Of a DNA stretch of 64,000 nucleotides, positions 43,370 through 52,024 are shown one piece after another. This DNA comes from an uncultured Nitrospiraceae bacterium (GTDB lineage Bacteria; Hydrogenedentota; Hydrogenedentia; Hydrogenedentales; SLHB01), in contig CAYOCT010000001.1 in the NCBI GenBank assembly GCA_964402555.1, positions 204,049 to 268,048 of the forward strand, written 5' to 3'. The position numbers were made by a program, and so were the translations under genes. Each line of letters begins with the position of its first letter. Positions within the stretch are counted from its first letter, which is position 1. The notes beneath the pieces were generated by a model. That model ran no database searches and was not told the DNA's origin. It worked only from the letters and a program-made list of their open reading frames with translations.

Positions 43370-43605
43370 GTATCCGCAACACTATGCTCGAAATTGCCCG
43401 CAAGGCAATCCTGCACCGGGCGTCTCTGGACGGATACGCGCCGGACGAGTACGACCCCGCGGAAGACGGCGAAGGATACGTCGTGTCGCTGCTCATTGCG
43501 CTTCGGCACTGGTGCGAAGCGCATGACATCGACTGGCGGGCGGACATCGAACGGGCAGAAGCCTTGTTCACTGAAGACTTGGCCGAGTCTGAAGCTATTC
43601 CCTGA
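43366..43605 (+). CDS. Hypothetical protein
   Basis: 79-aa ORF. Confidence 0.4.
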   Translation: MSIRNTMLEIARKAILHRASLDGYAPDEYDPAEDGEGYVVSLLIALRHWCEAHDIDWRADIERAEALFTEDLAESEAIP

Positions 43606-43708
43606 GACGCACACTCAGTGCTACACCCTGCAAGGGGCGGAACTGTGCCTTAGCCGGCATGGGGCCGCCCCTTGTCTTTCTCTCTCAACAGAAAGGAGTC
43701 CCAATGAT

Positions 43709-44323
43709 ATGCACCCAATTACCCCTTGCGGCGCGCTGTGTATCGGTAATGGGAACCGCAAGGTCGGGCGAGCCCTAACCTTCAGCCTACCGAGCCGACT
43801 CACGTGTCCAGGCGCAAGTACATGGTGTCTGCGCCGATGTTATGCATTCCGGTACGAACGCATCCGGCCCTTGTGCTTGGATGCCTACGGCCGGAATTTG
43901 TTTCTCTCGCTGGATGCAAACCGCTTCGCGGAAACCATGCTGGCCATGCTTCCGCGCGGTCTACGTGGCGTGCGCATCCATGTAAGCGGTGATTTCTACT
44001 CGCCGACCTATGCGGACATATGGACGAGGATTTGCCAGGCGCGCCCGGACATCGTGTTCTGGTCGTACACCCGTTCATGGTCCGTGCCTGCGATTCTGCC
44101 ATCTCTCGATGCGCTTCATCGCCTGGCGAATGTCCGTCTGTTCGCATCTTGCGATGAAACCATGGCGCTGCCGCCTGCCGGTTGGCGCACCGCCTTCGTA
44201 GAAGAAGATCCGCGCGCGCATGGCGTCCATTGCCGGAAACAGCAGGGACAGGCCGAGTCGTGCTTGACGTGCGGCTATTGCCTGTTTTCCGACACCGGTC
44301 ACGTGGTCTTCAAAGTCCACTGA
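43709..44323 (+). CDS. Hypothetical Cys-rich protein
   Basis: RBS AAAGGAG. Confidence 0.4.
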   Translation: MHPITPCGALCIGNGNRKVGRALTFSLPSRLTCPGASTWCLRRCYAFRYERIRPLCLDAYGRNLFLSLDANRFAETMLAMLPRGLRGVRIHVSGDFYSPTYADIWTRICQARPDIVFWSYTRSWSVPAILPSLDALHRLANVRLFASCDETMALPPAGWRTAFVEEDPRAHGVHCRKQQGQAESCLTCGYCLFSDTGHVVFKVH

Positions 44324-44395
44324 CCCCTTTCCCGAGTCATCAACCGCAACCGTTGGAAGCCCCGCAGGGTTCAGCATGACCTGCGGGGCTTCCGC

Positions 44396-44896
44396 ATGAA
44401 TGGAGATACAACCATGAACCAAGACTCGAATACGTACACGATCCCCGTGTACAGACTGCAACTCGTCCAGGAAGGACAAACGACGACCATGCCTGTGATC
44501 GGCCCGGCTGAACTGGCTTTCCATCTCAAGGAAATCGCCACAGCCGACCGTGAGCATATGGTCGTCATTTTCCTGGACACCAAGAACCGGCCCATCGGCC
44601 GGCAAGTCGTCAGCATCGGCACCCTGAATGCCACACTCGTTCATCCCAGGGAGGTTTTCAAGGCCGCACTGATTGCGGGCGGCAGCGGCACCAATTCAGT
44701 GATCTTGACGCATAATCACCCGAGCGGCGACCTAACACCTTCGCGTGAAGATGATGACGTTACCCGCAAGATCGCCCGGGCTGGCGCCCTACTCTGCATC
44801 CCGTTGCTCGATCACGTCATCCTTAGCCCGGACGGCGGATTCTACTCATACAAGAACGACCGTCCGGCCTGCCTCGATGGAGGTGGCTCGCTATGA
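44396..44896 (+). CDS. radC: RadC-like JAB/MPN domain protein
   Basis: JAMM motif ILTHNHPSGDLTPSREDDDVT. Confidence 0.8.
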   Translation: MNGDTTMNQDSNTYTIPVYRLQLVQEGQTTTMPVIGPAELAFHLKEIATADREHMVVIFLDTKNRPIGRQVVSIGTLNATLVHPREVFKAALIAGGSGTNSVILTHNHPSGDLTPSREDDDVTRKIARAGALLCIPLLDHVILSPDGGFYSYKNDRPACLDGGGSL

Positions 44897-46200
44897 AGAT
44901 CACGCTGGAAACCGTCCGCAGTATCCTGCGGGAATCGCTGGGACGCGAAAGTTTCGTCGCATCGTTCATCAGGTCGGTTGAAGAAACCGAGACCTGCCCG
45001 ACGGCATCAATTTCGTCCGAGGGCGTTCTCCAGTACAATCCCGCCTTCGTAACCAAGTACATCGCGTGCGACGAAGACCTGTTTTGCCTCGTCATGCACG
45101 AGATCATGCACCCCATGTTCGGCCACTTCATTTACAAGAGCGGCCCCCTGGAAGGCGTGGCGGCAGATATGGTCATTAACGCGAGCATCAGCCTGTTGTT
45201 CCAGGAAGCGTCCGCGTGTGGCAGCCTGTTCAGGAAGACCTACCAGCCCCTTGGCGTGGAAGGTCTGCTGCGGCCCTTGAGCCGGATGCACGACAGCCGG
45301 TACAGCAACCTGTACAACGTCTTCTATGGCAATAGCCACAGAGACGATAGGCTCACGACCGGCGAAGTCATCCAAGCGCTCAAAGTGCTAACCCCATCGT
45401 ACGACCCGACAACGCTTCTGCTGATCGGTTCGCACCCAACCGGCGGAGTCAAAGACACTTCCGATGGCTCCGGTCTCATTGGATTGCCCGCCGAATCCCT
45501 CTGCCGAATCGCCGAAAATCTCAAACGGGCGGCCAAGTATCCCAACAACCGGATTGCCGGCCAGGGAGAGAACCTCTACGAGTTGTTTGTGGAGGCCATC
45601 AAGACCCACCTGTCCATCCGTAAGGTGCTCTTGCAGAAGTTCGCGACCAAGCAAAAGGTCGACCGGTTCAAGCAAACCATCAACCGACCAGCGTTAGGCG
45701 TCTCGCCAATCCCGTTGCATCCATCGAAGCGGGACTTCGTTTTGCTCGCCGCGGGCATCCCGCCGTTCCACTACCACAACCACGTGCAACGCGTGACGAC
45801 AAAGAAACACGGACTCGCTGTTTACTTGGACGTGTCTGGCAGCGTCAATGAGCACCTGCCGGAGATCGTGGGTGTCTTGTCCAGCCTCAAAGCGGAACTG
45901 ACCTCGATCTTCCTGTTCAGCAATAAGGTCGTCGAGATTCCGTTCAAGACGCTGCTTGCTGGCCACGTCCAGACCACCTACGGCACAGACTTCGATTGCA
46001 TCGCTGAATCCATTGTGGAACGCGACTTGGACAAGGCCGTCATCTTCACGGACGGTTATGCGGGTCTACAGCCCGAAAAGTCCGAGCGGCTCAAACAGCG
46101 GCGCATGTGCACCTTGACGGTCCTATTTGGCGGCAAGGCGGATTGCGAAGAGTTCGTGCCGTTCGGAGACGTCGTCCAACTCGCCGACATCACGGAATAG
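44893..46200 (+). CDS. Putative zincin metallopeptidase (DUF2201-like) fused to a vWA domain
   Basis: HEIMHPMFGHF motif. vWA-like C-terminal half. ATGA overlap with radC. Confidence 0.65.
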   Translation: MKITLETVRSILRESLGRESFVASFIRSVEETETCPTASISSEGVLQYNPAFVTKYIACDEDLFCLVMHEIMHPMFGHFIYKSGPLEGVAADMVINASISLLFQEASACGSLFRKTYQPLGVEGLLRPLSRMHDSRYSNLYNVFYGNSHRDDRLTTGEVIQALKVLTPSYDPTTLLLIGSHPTGGVKDTSDGSGLIGLPAESLCRIAENLKRAAKYPNNRIAGQGENLYELFVEAIKTHLSIRKVLLQKFATKQKVDRFKQTINRPALGVSPIPLHPSKRDFVLLAAGIPPFHYHNHVQRVTTKKHGLAVYLDVSGSVNEHLPEIVGVLSSLKAELTSIFLFSNKVVEIPFKTLLAGHVQTTYGTDFDCIAESIVERDLDKAVIFTDGYAGLQPEKSERLKQRRMCTLTVLFGGKADCEEFVPFGDVVQLADITE

Positions 46201-46211
46201 GAGGAAGCCCC

Positions 46212-46382
46212 ATGCTTTACAGAGTCGTTTGGGAAATAGACATCGACGCCGACTCGTTCGAGGACGCCGCGCAGAAAGCGTTGGCCATTCAGCGCGATCC
46301 GGAGTCCATCGCGACCTGCTTCGTCATCACGGACGAAAAAGGGGATAGCCGCAGTGTGGATCTTGATGACGAGAGTCCGTAA
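46212..46382 (+). CDS. Small hypothetical protein, 56 aa
   Basis: RBS AGGAGGAAG. Confidence 0.4.
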   Translation: MLYRVVWEIDIDADSFEDAAQKALAIQRDPESIATCFVITDEKGDSRSVDLDDESP

Positions 46383-46490
46383 GACGAGCGTCTAGAGCCG
46401 TATCCACAACCATATGTGATGGGGAGATGCCTCCAGAATGGGACATCTCCCCTTCATCATTCACGAAACAACTTACAGGAGGTGAAAACC

Positions 46491-46685
46491 ATGAAAGTGT
46501 TCGTAGCCGTCGAAACGTTCCAGGGTGTCGTTCATGACGCCACGGCGTATATGACGGAGGAGTCAGCCCGGCGCGCCGAAAAGGCGTGGCTGGACCAGAT
46601 GGGCATCAAGAGCCAAGATGCCCGCGAATGCAAATCGGACGATGGTACGAGTTTCAGTGTCATGAAATGTGACCTGAAACCGTAA
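46491..46685 (+). CDS. Small hypothetical protein, 64 aa
   Basis: RBS AGGAGGTG. Confidence 0.45.
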   Translation: MKVFVAVETFQGVVHDATAYMTEESARRAEKAWLDQMGIKSQDARECKSDDGTSFSVMKCDLKP

Positions 46686-46783
46686 CCGCCGCACGATCAG
46701 GGCTCTGTGTTTCTGGGAGACGTCCCGCTGTTGGGATGTCTCCCTTTCTTCATTTCCGAAACCAAAACAAGGAGAGACAAATC

Positions 46784-48292
46784 ATGATTATGCAACAACT
46801 CGGCATTTACGGATGGAACGAAGCAGATGAGAATCTCGTTCTGGCTTCGCTTCTCACCGGCGACCCGCTCTTGCTTATCGGCAACCACGGGTGCGCCAAA
46901 ACCCATGTAGCCAACAAGGTAGCGCAGGCCCTGGGACGTAAGTTCCTGGTCTACGACGCCTCGAAGGCTATGTTCGAAGACGTGCTCGGCTACCCCAACA
47001 TCGAGCAGCTCAAGCACGGCGTCGTCGAGTACGTTCCAAGTCCGGTCACGATCTGGGACAAGGAACTCGTGCTCATCGACGAACTCAACCGCGCGGTACC
47101 GGAACTCCAGTCCAAGTGGCTGGAGATCATCCGTTCGCGCAAGATCATGGGATTTCCGACCCAGGTCAAATGGGTCTGGGCGGCCATGAATCCCATGAGC
47201 TACTCAGCCACGAACGCCCTCGACGCGGCCCTCGTTGGCCGGTTCGCGTTCTTCCTCTATCCGCCGGATGTGCTCCAGATGGATGAGGAAGACCGGATTC
47301 GTGTGGCGATGCACATCAACGGCGACGACGCGCCGAGCTTGTCCGAATGGACGGGTGGCGTGTCTGCGGGCACTGTGCCCAAGGCATGCGTGGCGGACGT
47401 CGGTGCCAAGATGCGTGATACGCTCATGGTGGCCGGTCGGCACTTCCTGCGTTTGCGCGAACAGATGTCGACGCTGGCCGAATTCCTGGCCAAGTTCGCC
47501 GACCTACTCATGCGGGAAACCAAGGGCGAGGTGGCCCTCGACGGCAGACGGCTGGGTTTCATTCACCGGAATCTGCTCGCCAACCGCGCCGTCGAATTGG
47601 CGAAAGCCGAGGTCTTTCAGGCCCAATTGCCGGGCTTCGTACAGTCGGCGCGCTACGTGGTGCAGTCCAGCATCCCGGTCGGACTTAACGACGAGGCGCT
47701 CAAACGGGAAGAGGCAGTGCACAAGATGGAGATCTGCTTCGACCTGCTTTCGAGCTACTTCGAAGAAGGCGCGGAACTGACTCGCGTGAACCTGGTCTAC
47801 GAGTTGTTCACCACGCCGGACCTGATGCGCAAGGCCGAACTGTTGCTAACGCAGCCGCTAGGCGAAATGGCGCTCTCCAAGGCGTGGACCGATCTCATGG
47901 CCGGGGAAAAGGATCTGACTCTGCTCGCCTACACAGCGTTGCAGGTCGAGGCGCGCCGACCGGGGACGATCCCGCAAGAGTTGCTTGCGTCGCTTTCCGC
48001 GAAGATCATGCCGGGAGAACTCAGCACCAAGTGTATCTCCCGGCTCGATGGCGACGCGGTCGAGTACATCGATGAAGTCGAACAACTGCTCGATCAAGGC
48101 ACGGACCTGGCGCGGCTCGTGGCTTACCACCGTGTCTCCGAACTGGTGGACACCGGCAATATCAACCCGCGCACGATCAAAGCTATCGGCGATGCGATCC
48201 TCGATGACATTCGCATCTTCGAAGCGTTGTTGGCAGGCAAGGCGTCTGACGCGACACACGCGATTCAATGCTTGGGAGGGAAGGCAGCATGA
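46784..48292 (+). CDS. MoxR-like AAA+ ATPase
   Basis: LLIGNHGCAKTHVANKVAQALG and LVLIDELNR. RBS AAGGAGAG. Confidence 0.7.
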   Translation: MIMQQLGIYGWNEADENLVLASLLTGDPLLLIGNHGCAKTHVANKVAQALGRKFLVYDASKAMFEDVLGYPNIEQLKHGVVEYVPSPVTIWDKELVLIDELNRAVPELQSKWLEIIRSRKIMGFPTQVKWVWAAMNPMSYSATNALDAALVGRFAFFLYPPDVLQMDEEDRIRVAMHINGDDAPSLSEWTGGVSAGTVPKACVADVGAKMRDTLMVAGRHFLRLREQMSTLAEFLAKFADLLMRETKGEVALDGRRLGFIHRNLLANRAVELAKAEVFQAQLPGFVQSARYVVQSSIPVGLNDEALKREEAVHKMEICFDLLSSYFEEGAELTRVNLVYELFTTPDLMRKAELLLTQPLGEMALSKAWTDLMAGEKDLTLLAYTALQVEARRPGTIPQELLASLSAKIMPGELSTKCISRLDGDAVEYIDEVEQLLDQGTDLARLVAYHRVSELVDTGNINPRTIKAIGDAILDDIRIFEALLAGKASDATHAIQCLGGKAA

Positions 48293-49668
48293 ATACTCTG
48301 CAAACCTTCAAACTCTGGCTTGAGCCGGACCGGGATATCCCGCAGTTTCGTCGTTTGCGTTGGGCAGCGGAAAGCGTGTCTGTCCAGGATGTGTTGCTGA
48401 CTGGGGTCCATCCCTGGTCGGGGCCGGACAAGCACAGCACACTGCCTGAAGCCATGCTACGAAATGTCAATGAAGAAACGGCAAGGCTCCCGGAACTGGT
48501 TCAATTCGGCTATTGTGGCGACGTGAATGTGCTCTCCGGCTACGCGTGGGACAAACCGTCGAGGTTCGATCGGGTCCTGCAGGCAATTCACGAACACGTC
48601 TACTTCGTGGATGACTTGTCGTACCTCGATCTGCTCAACATAGCCAAGGCGAGGTTGCGGAACATGTGGACGCATTCGACGGTCCGGGAAATGGCCAGAG
48701 ACGCTCACCCTGGATTCCAGGAGCTGCGGCAGTTTCTGAAAAGCAAGGACAAGCAGATCAAGCTATCCAGCTATGAGGACGTCGACCAGTATGACCTGGC
48801 CAAGGTGCTCACGCTGGACGACTTCGAGCAACGCGACAACCTTGTCATTTCGCACGCCATTCCCACGTTGAACTTCCGCAAAGCCGCGCTTCTGAGCAAG
48901 GTGACGGACGATCAAGGCCGGCTGCGCCTCGTGCCGGAAATCCGCCACGTGACCCTAACGGAAACGGCGCTGAAGCCGGACTATGTTCACACAGTCTGGC
49001 ATGTCGCGCGTGAGGGTTCGATGTGGCGCTTCCGGCCGGACATCGGCGACGCTAAGACTAAGCGGCAGCACACTCAGAAGTTTGCAGCCCAATGGCGGAC
49101 GGATGATGGGCGGTTGTGTTTCACAACCACCACGGAAAAACTCGTCGCGATGGTCGAGTGCAAAGCCGTTGAGCCGTCGTTTCCGAGCCTGAACTACAAC
49201 TCAGCGGAACATGGTCCTACAGCTTGCGCCGTCGTGGATTCCTCGCACGTCAAGGCCTTTCATATCGGGCGGTTTGCGCGCGCAGGAACCACTGGCGACC
49301 AGCTAAAGGATATCCTCCATAAATACGAGGTGTCCATGACCGGCAACAAGGATCAATTGCTCCAGAAATTGGCCAAGCTCGCAGCGACCAAATACCGGGA
49401 ACGATTGCCCGAGATGGATCGGTTCTTCGCACGGCATCGTTTTGTTCGCATGCAGAGTGCGCCGTCGAGTGTAGCCGAGTTGCCGCTCATTGAGGACCTG
49501 GCCTACCTGCGGAACCTCGTTCTGACGATGTACGCAGTCAAACATATGCGTGGCGATGCTATTCTCGAAGCCTCCCACCAGAACAACACGTACACGGACG
49601 AGGAACTGGCATTTGCCTTGGTCACCGGAAAGGTCGGCCTGCAAGGGGCCTTCCTGCGCGTCGCCTGA
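48289..49668 (+). CDS. Hypothetical 459-aa protein with SAP-like motif; third partner of the vWA-MoxR module
   Basis: ATGA overlap with the MoxR gene. GNKDQLLQKLAKLAA. Confidence 0.5.
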   Translation: MNTLQTFKLWLEPDRDIPQFRRLRWAAESVSVQDVLLTGVHPWSGPDKHSTLPEAMLRNVNEETARLPELVQFGYCGDVNVLSGYAWDKPSRFDRVLQAIHEHVYFVDDLSYLDLLNIAKARLRNMWTHSTVREMARDAHPGFQELRQFLKSKDKQIKLSSYEDVDQYDLAKVLTLDDFEQRDNLVISHAIPTLNFRKAALLSKVTDDQGRLRLVPEIRHVTLTETALKPDYVHTVWHVAREGSMWRFRPDIGDAKTKRQHTQKFAAQWRTDDGRLCFTTTTEKLVAMVECKAVEPSFPSLNYNSAEHGPTACAVVDSSHVKAFHIGRFARAGTTGDQLKDILHKYEVSMTGNKDQLLQKLAKLAATKYRERLPEMDRFFARHRFVRMQSAPSSVAELPLIEDLAYLRNLVLTMYAVKHMRGDAILEASHQNNTYTDEELAFALVTGKVGLQGAFLRVA

Positions 49669-49676
49669 CGCACGAC

Positions 49677-49716
49677 AAAGGGGACGATCCCAACCTGGGA
49701 ACCGCCCCCTTTTTTG
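49677..49716 (+). terminator. Rho-independent terminator
   Basis: GGGGACG...CGCCCCC stem followed by TTTTTT. Confidence 0.5.
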
Positions 49717-49881
49717 GACTGGGGTGTCGGGATAATGCCGACAATGGCTAAGCAGGGGGCATCCTGCATGTGCATGAGAACCGGTGAAAGCGCTTCCGGG
49801 GCTTGCCATGGGTCCCGCGAGTGGAACCGGCGGGCGAGCGAAGAATAGAATACGGCGTGAAAGCAGAGGCAACTTGCTGGT

Positions 49882-50478
49882 TTGAGTCTTAGTGTGGAAC
49901 GAGAACGAATAAATAGCCTTGACGATCTTCTTGACGCGATTCACCCGTCGCGCGCGCACGATGTCTACCGACGGAAAATAGACGAAGCTTTGCGCACTTT
50001 CCCCTTCCAGTCGTTCCAAGTTGACAATTGGGGTTCGTGTCAATCTTTTGTTGCGCGTTTCTTTGCGCGTATCAATGGAGCCATCATGGGCCCCCAGTTT
50101 GAGGAAAGCCCCGACCTCGCCATGGTTACATTTCGCAATGTTTTCCGGTCAAGATACGGCGAGCTCCCCGAGAGAGCCTTATTCGAAAGAATCATCTTCG
50201 GCCACGAGAGTGGTATGAATGGCTTTGTGCGAGAGGCGGTCGACACCGCAGTCCAGTTCTTTGCACACACACATATAGCCAACCGAGTAGACCAATACAT
50301 GGACACTCTGTCTGACGATGAGTATTCCGCAGCGGGTGATGCGTACGTGGCGAAGTGGGGCCATCTTCTTCCAAGCGAGATGATTAGTAAAGGTTCACAT
50401 CATTATCCCCCAGCCCTGCGCAATGTTCTCAAACAGCACACCGAACTGCTCCTGAGACTGCGGAGCATCCCTAAATGA
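49882..50478 (+). CDS. Hypothetical protein, tandem paralog 1 (non-ATG start TTG at 49882 or GTG at 49894)
   Basis: About 60% identical to 50519..51106 (FDEALRTFPFQSF, GMNGFVR, AKWGHLLPSE). Confidence 0.5.
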   Translation: MSLSVERERINSLDDLLDAIHPSRAHDVYRRKIDEALRTFPFQSFQVDNWGSCQSFVARFFARINGAIMGPQFEESPDLAMVTFRNVFRSRYGELPERALFERIIFGHESGMNGFVREAVDTAVQFFAHTHIANRVDQYMDTLSDDEYSAAGDAYVAKWGHLLPSEMISKGSHHYPPALRNVLKQHTELLLRLRSIPK

Positions 50479-50518
50479 ACGAGCGGTGTGACTTGTAGAC
50501 CGCATGCAAGGACTTGGC

Positions 50519-51106
50519 ATGGAACAAGAAGGAAAAAGAATCAGCAGCCTTGAAGAGCTTCTTGAGACAATCGATCCCTCGCGTACATACGACGTGTTTC
50601 GACGGCGATTCGACGAGGCCTTGCGCACTTTTCCTTTTCAGTCGTTCCGGGTCAATGACTGGGCTTCCTGCGATCTTTTTGTCGCCAGTTTATTTGCACG
50701 AATCAATACCGTCCTTTTGCAGGGGGCATCGGACAACAACCTCGATTTGGGCTTGGTTACATTTCGAAACGTTTTCCGATCGATGTATGGAGATCGCCCC
50801 GAAAGGCTGCTGTACGAGAGAATCATTCATGGTCACGACAGTGGCATGAATGGCTTTGTACGCGACGCCATCGACGCGGCCGTGGAGTTTTGTGCTGCAG
50901 TGCCCATAGCCAATCGCGTGGACGAGTACATCGACAGCCTGTCGAACGACGAGTATGATACCGCCGCTCGATATTATTTGGCTAAATGGGGACACCTTCT
51001 TCCAAGCGAGATCACGGACAGGGGCTTGCCACGTTTCGCGCCACTTCTGCGCCAGTTCCTAAAGCAGCATCCGAGATCCGTCCTGCAGATGCGAAAAATC
51101 CGTTGA
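50519..51106 (+). CDS. Hypothetical protein, tandem paralog 2
   Basis: See paralog 1. Confidence 0.55.
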   Translation: MEQEGKRISSLEELLETIDPSRTYDVFRRRFDEALRTFPFQSFRVNDWASCDLFVASLFARINTVLLQGASDNNLDLGLVTFRNVFRSMYGDRPERLLYERIIHGHDSGMNGFVRDAIDAAVEFCAAVPIANRVDEYIDSLSNDEYDTAARYYLAKWGHLLPSEITDRGLPRFAPLLRQFLKQHPRSVLQMRKIR

Positions 51107-51172
51107 TGCACGACGCCGAGACCCTGTCTGCCGGTCTTTTGGGCGCAACGATTTCGCTTCTTCTGACAACGG

Positions 51173-52024
51173 CTAAAGTGGCTGAATACTCGTATTCAGC
51201 ATCTCTACGTTCGTAAACATCTTTGGGAAAACGGAGAGAAGATATTCCTTGGGGGAACTTCCAGGAAGGCTCAACTGATGAGGAATTTCGCCGGCGGTCA
51301 GAACGGCAATGCCTGAATCACGCTGGACGAGCACAAACGCCAGTATCCAGTAATAACTTATGCGAGGAGTTGAAGAGTCCTTGCGCTCGAGAGCCCCTGT
51401 CGGCAATCCGTAAAGCTCCCTTACGTGCGATGTACCATTCTCTATGAGTGCGTCAATGGCCTTATATCCGTCCGTCCGTATAGGTGAGAAGACTTCGCAG
51501 CGTAAGGCTCTCTGTTTCTCTCTTAATACCCACGCGCCAGCGAGAGGGATAGCTTCCGCAGCCTTCTGGCCACACCAAAACGTGGAAGGAAGCAGATCGC
51601 CTGTAAGCCCGTTTATGATGAAGTCCCGGTCGTGACTTGACTCACATGCGTATTCGCCGTACTGCGTAGCCCGTTCCCATTGTTTGCCTCGCAATCTGTA
51701 GTATCGCCCCTCATTGCAGACAATTCCATGCGGGATCAGCCCTTCAAGCACACGCTCAATGCGGTCTTCGCCAATACCGAGGTACTCGTCGAGTTCGTCC
51801 AGCGTTGCCCGATCAAGAATCACCATGAGCTTCAGAACCGTGCGTTCTATCAGGCCGAGTGGCTGCGTATTCCGCTGTCGAACGGTGTGGGTCGCCTGCA
51901 AAATTGGGAAGATAACAGGAATAGCTTGCACGGGCGCCCTATGTCCGCTCTGAGGACAGTTGGCGAGAACGTTGTCCAGGGCCTTCTGCCACGGGTGGCG
52001 TTTCGAGGGCACTTCACTCGCCAT
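51173..52024 (-). CDS. wHTH (MarR-like) domain protein coupled to the SF1 helicase
   Basis: LIERTVLKLMVILDRATLDELDEYLGIGEDRIERVL. 11-nt overlap with the helicase stop. Confidence 0.55.
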   Translation of the reverse strand: MASEVPSKRHPWQKALDNVLANCPQSGHRAPVQAIPVIFPILQATHTVRQRNTQPLGLIERTVLKLMVILDRATLDELDEYLGIGEDRIERVLEGLIPHGIVCNEGRYYRLRGKQWERATQYGEYACESSHDRDFIINGLTGDLLPSTFWCGQKAAEAIPLAGAWVLREKQRALRCEVFSPIRTDGYKAIDALIENGTSHVRELYGLPTGALERKDSSTPRISYYWILAFVLVQRDSGIAVLTAGEIPHQLSLPGSSPKEYLLSVFPKMFTNVEMLNTSIQPL

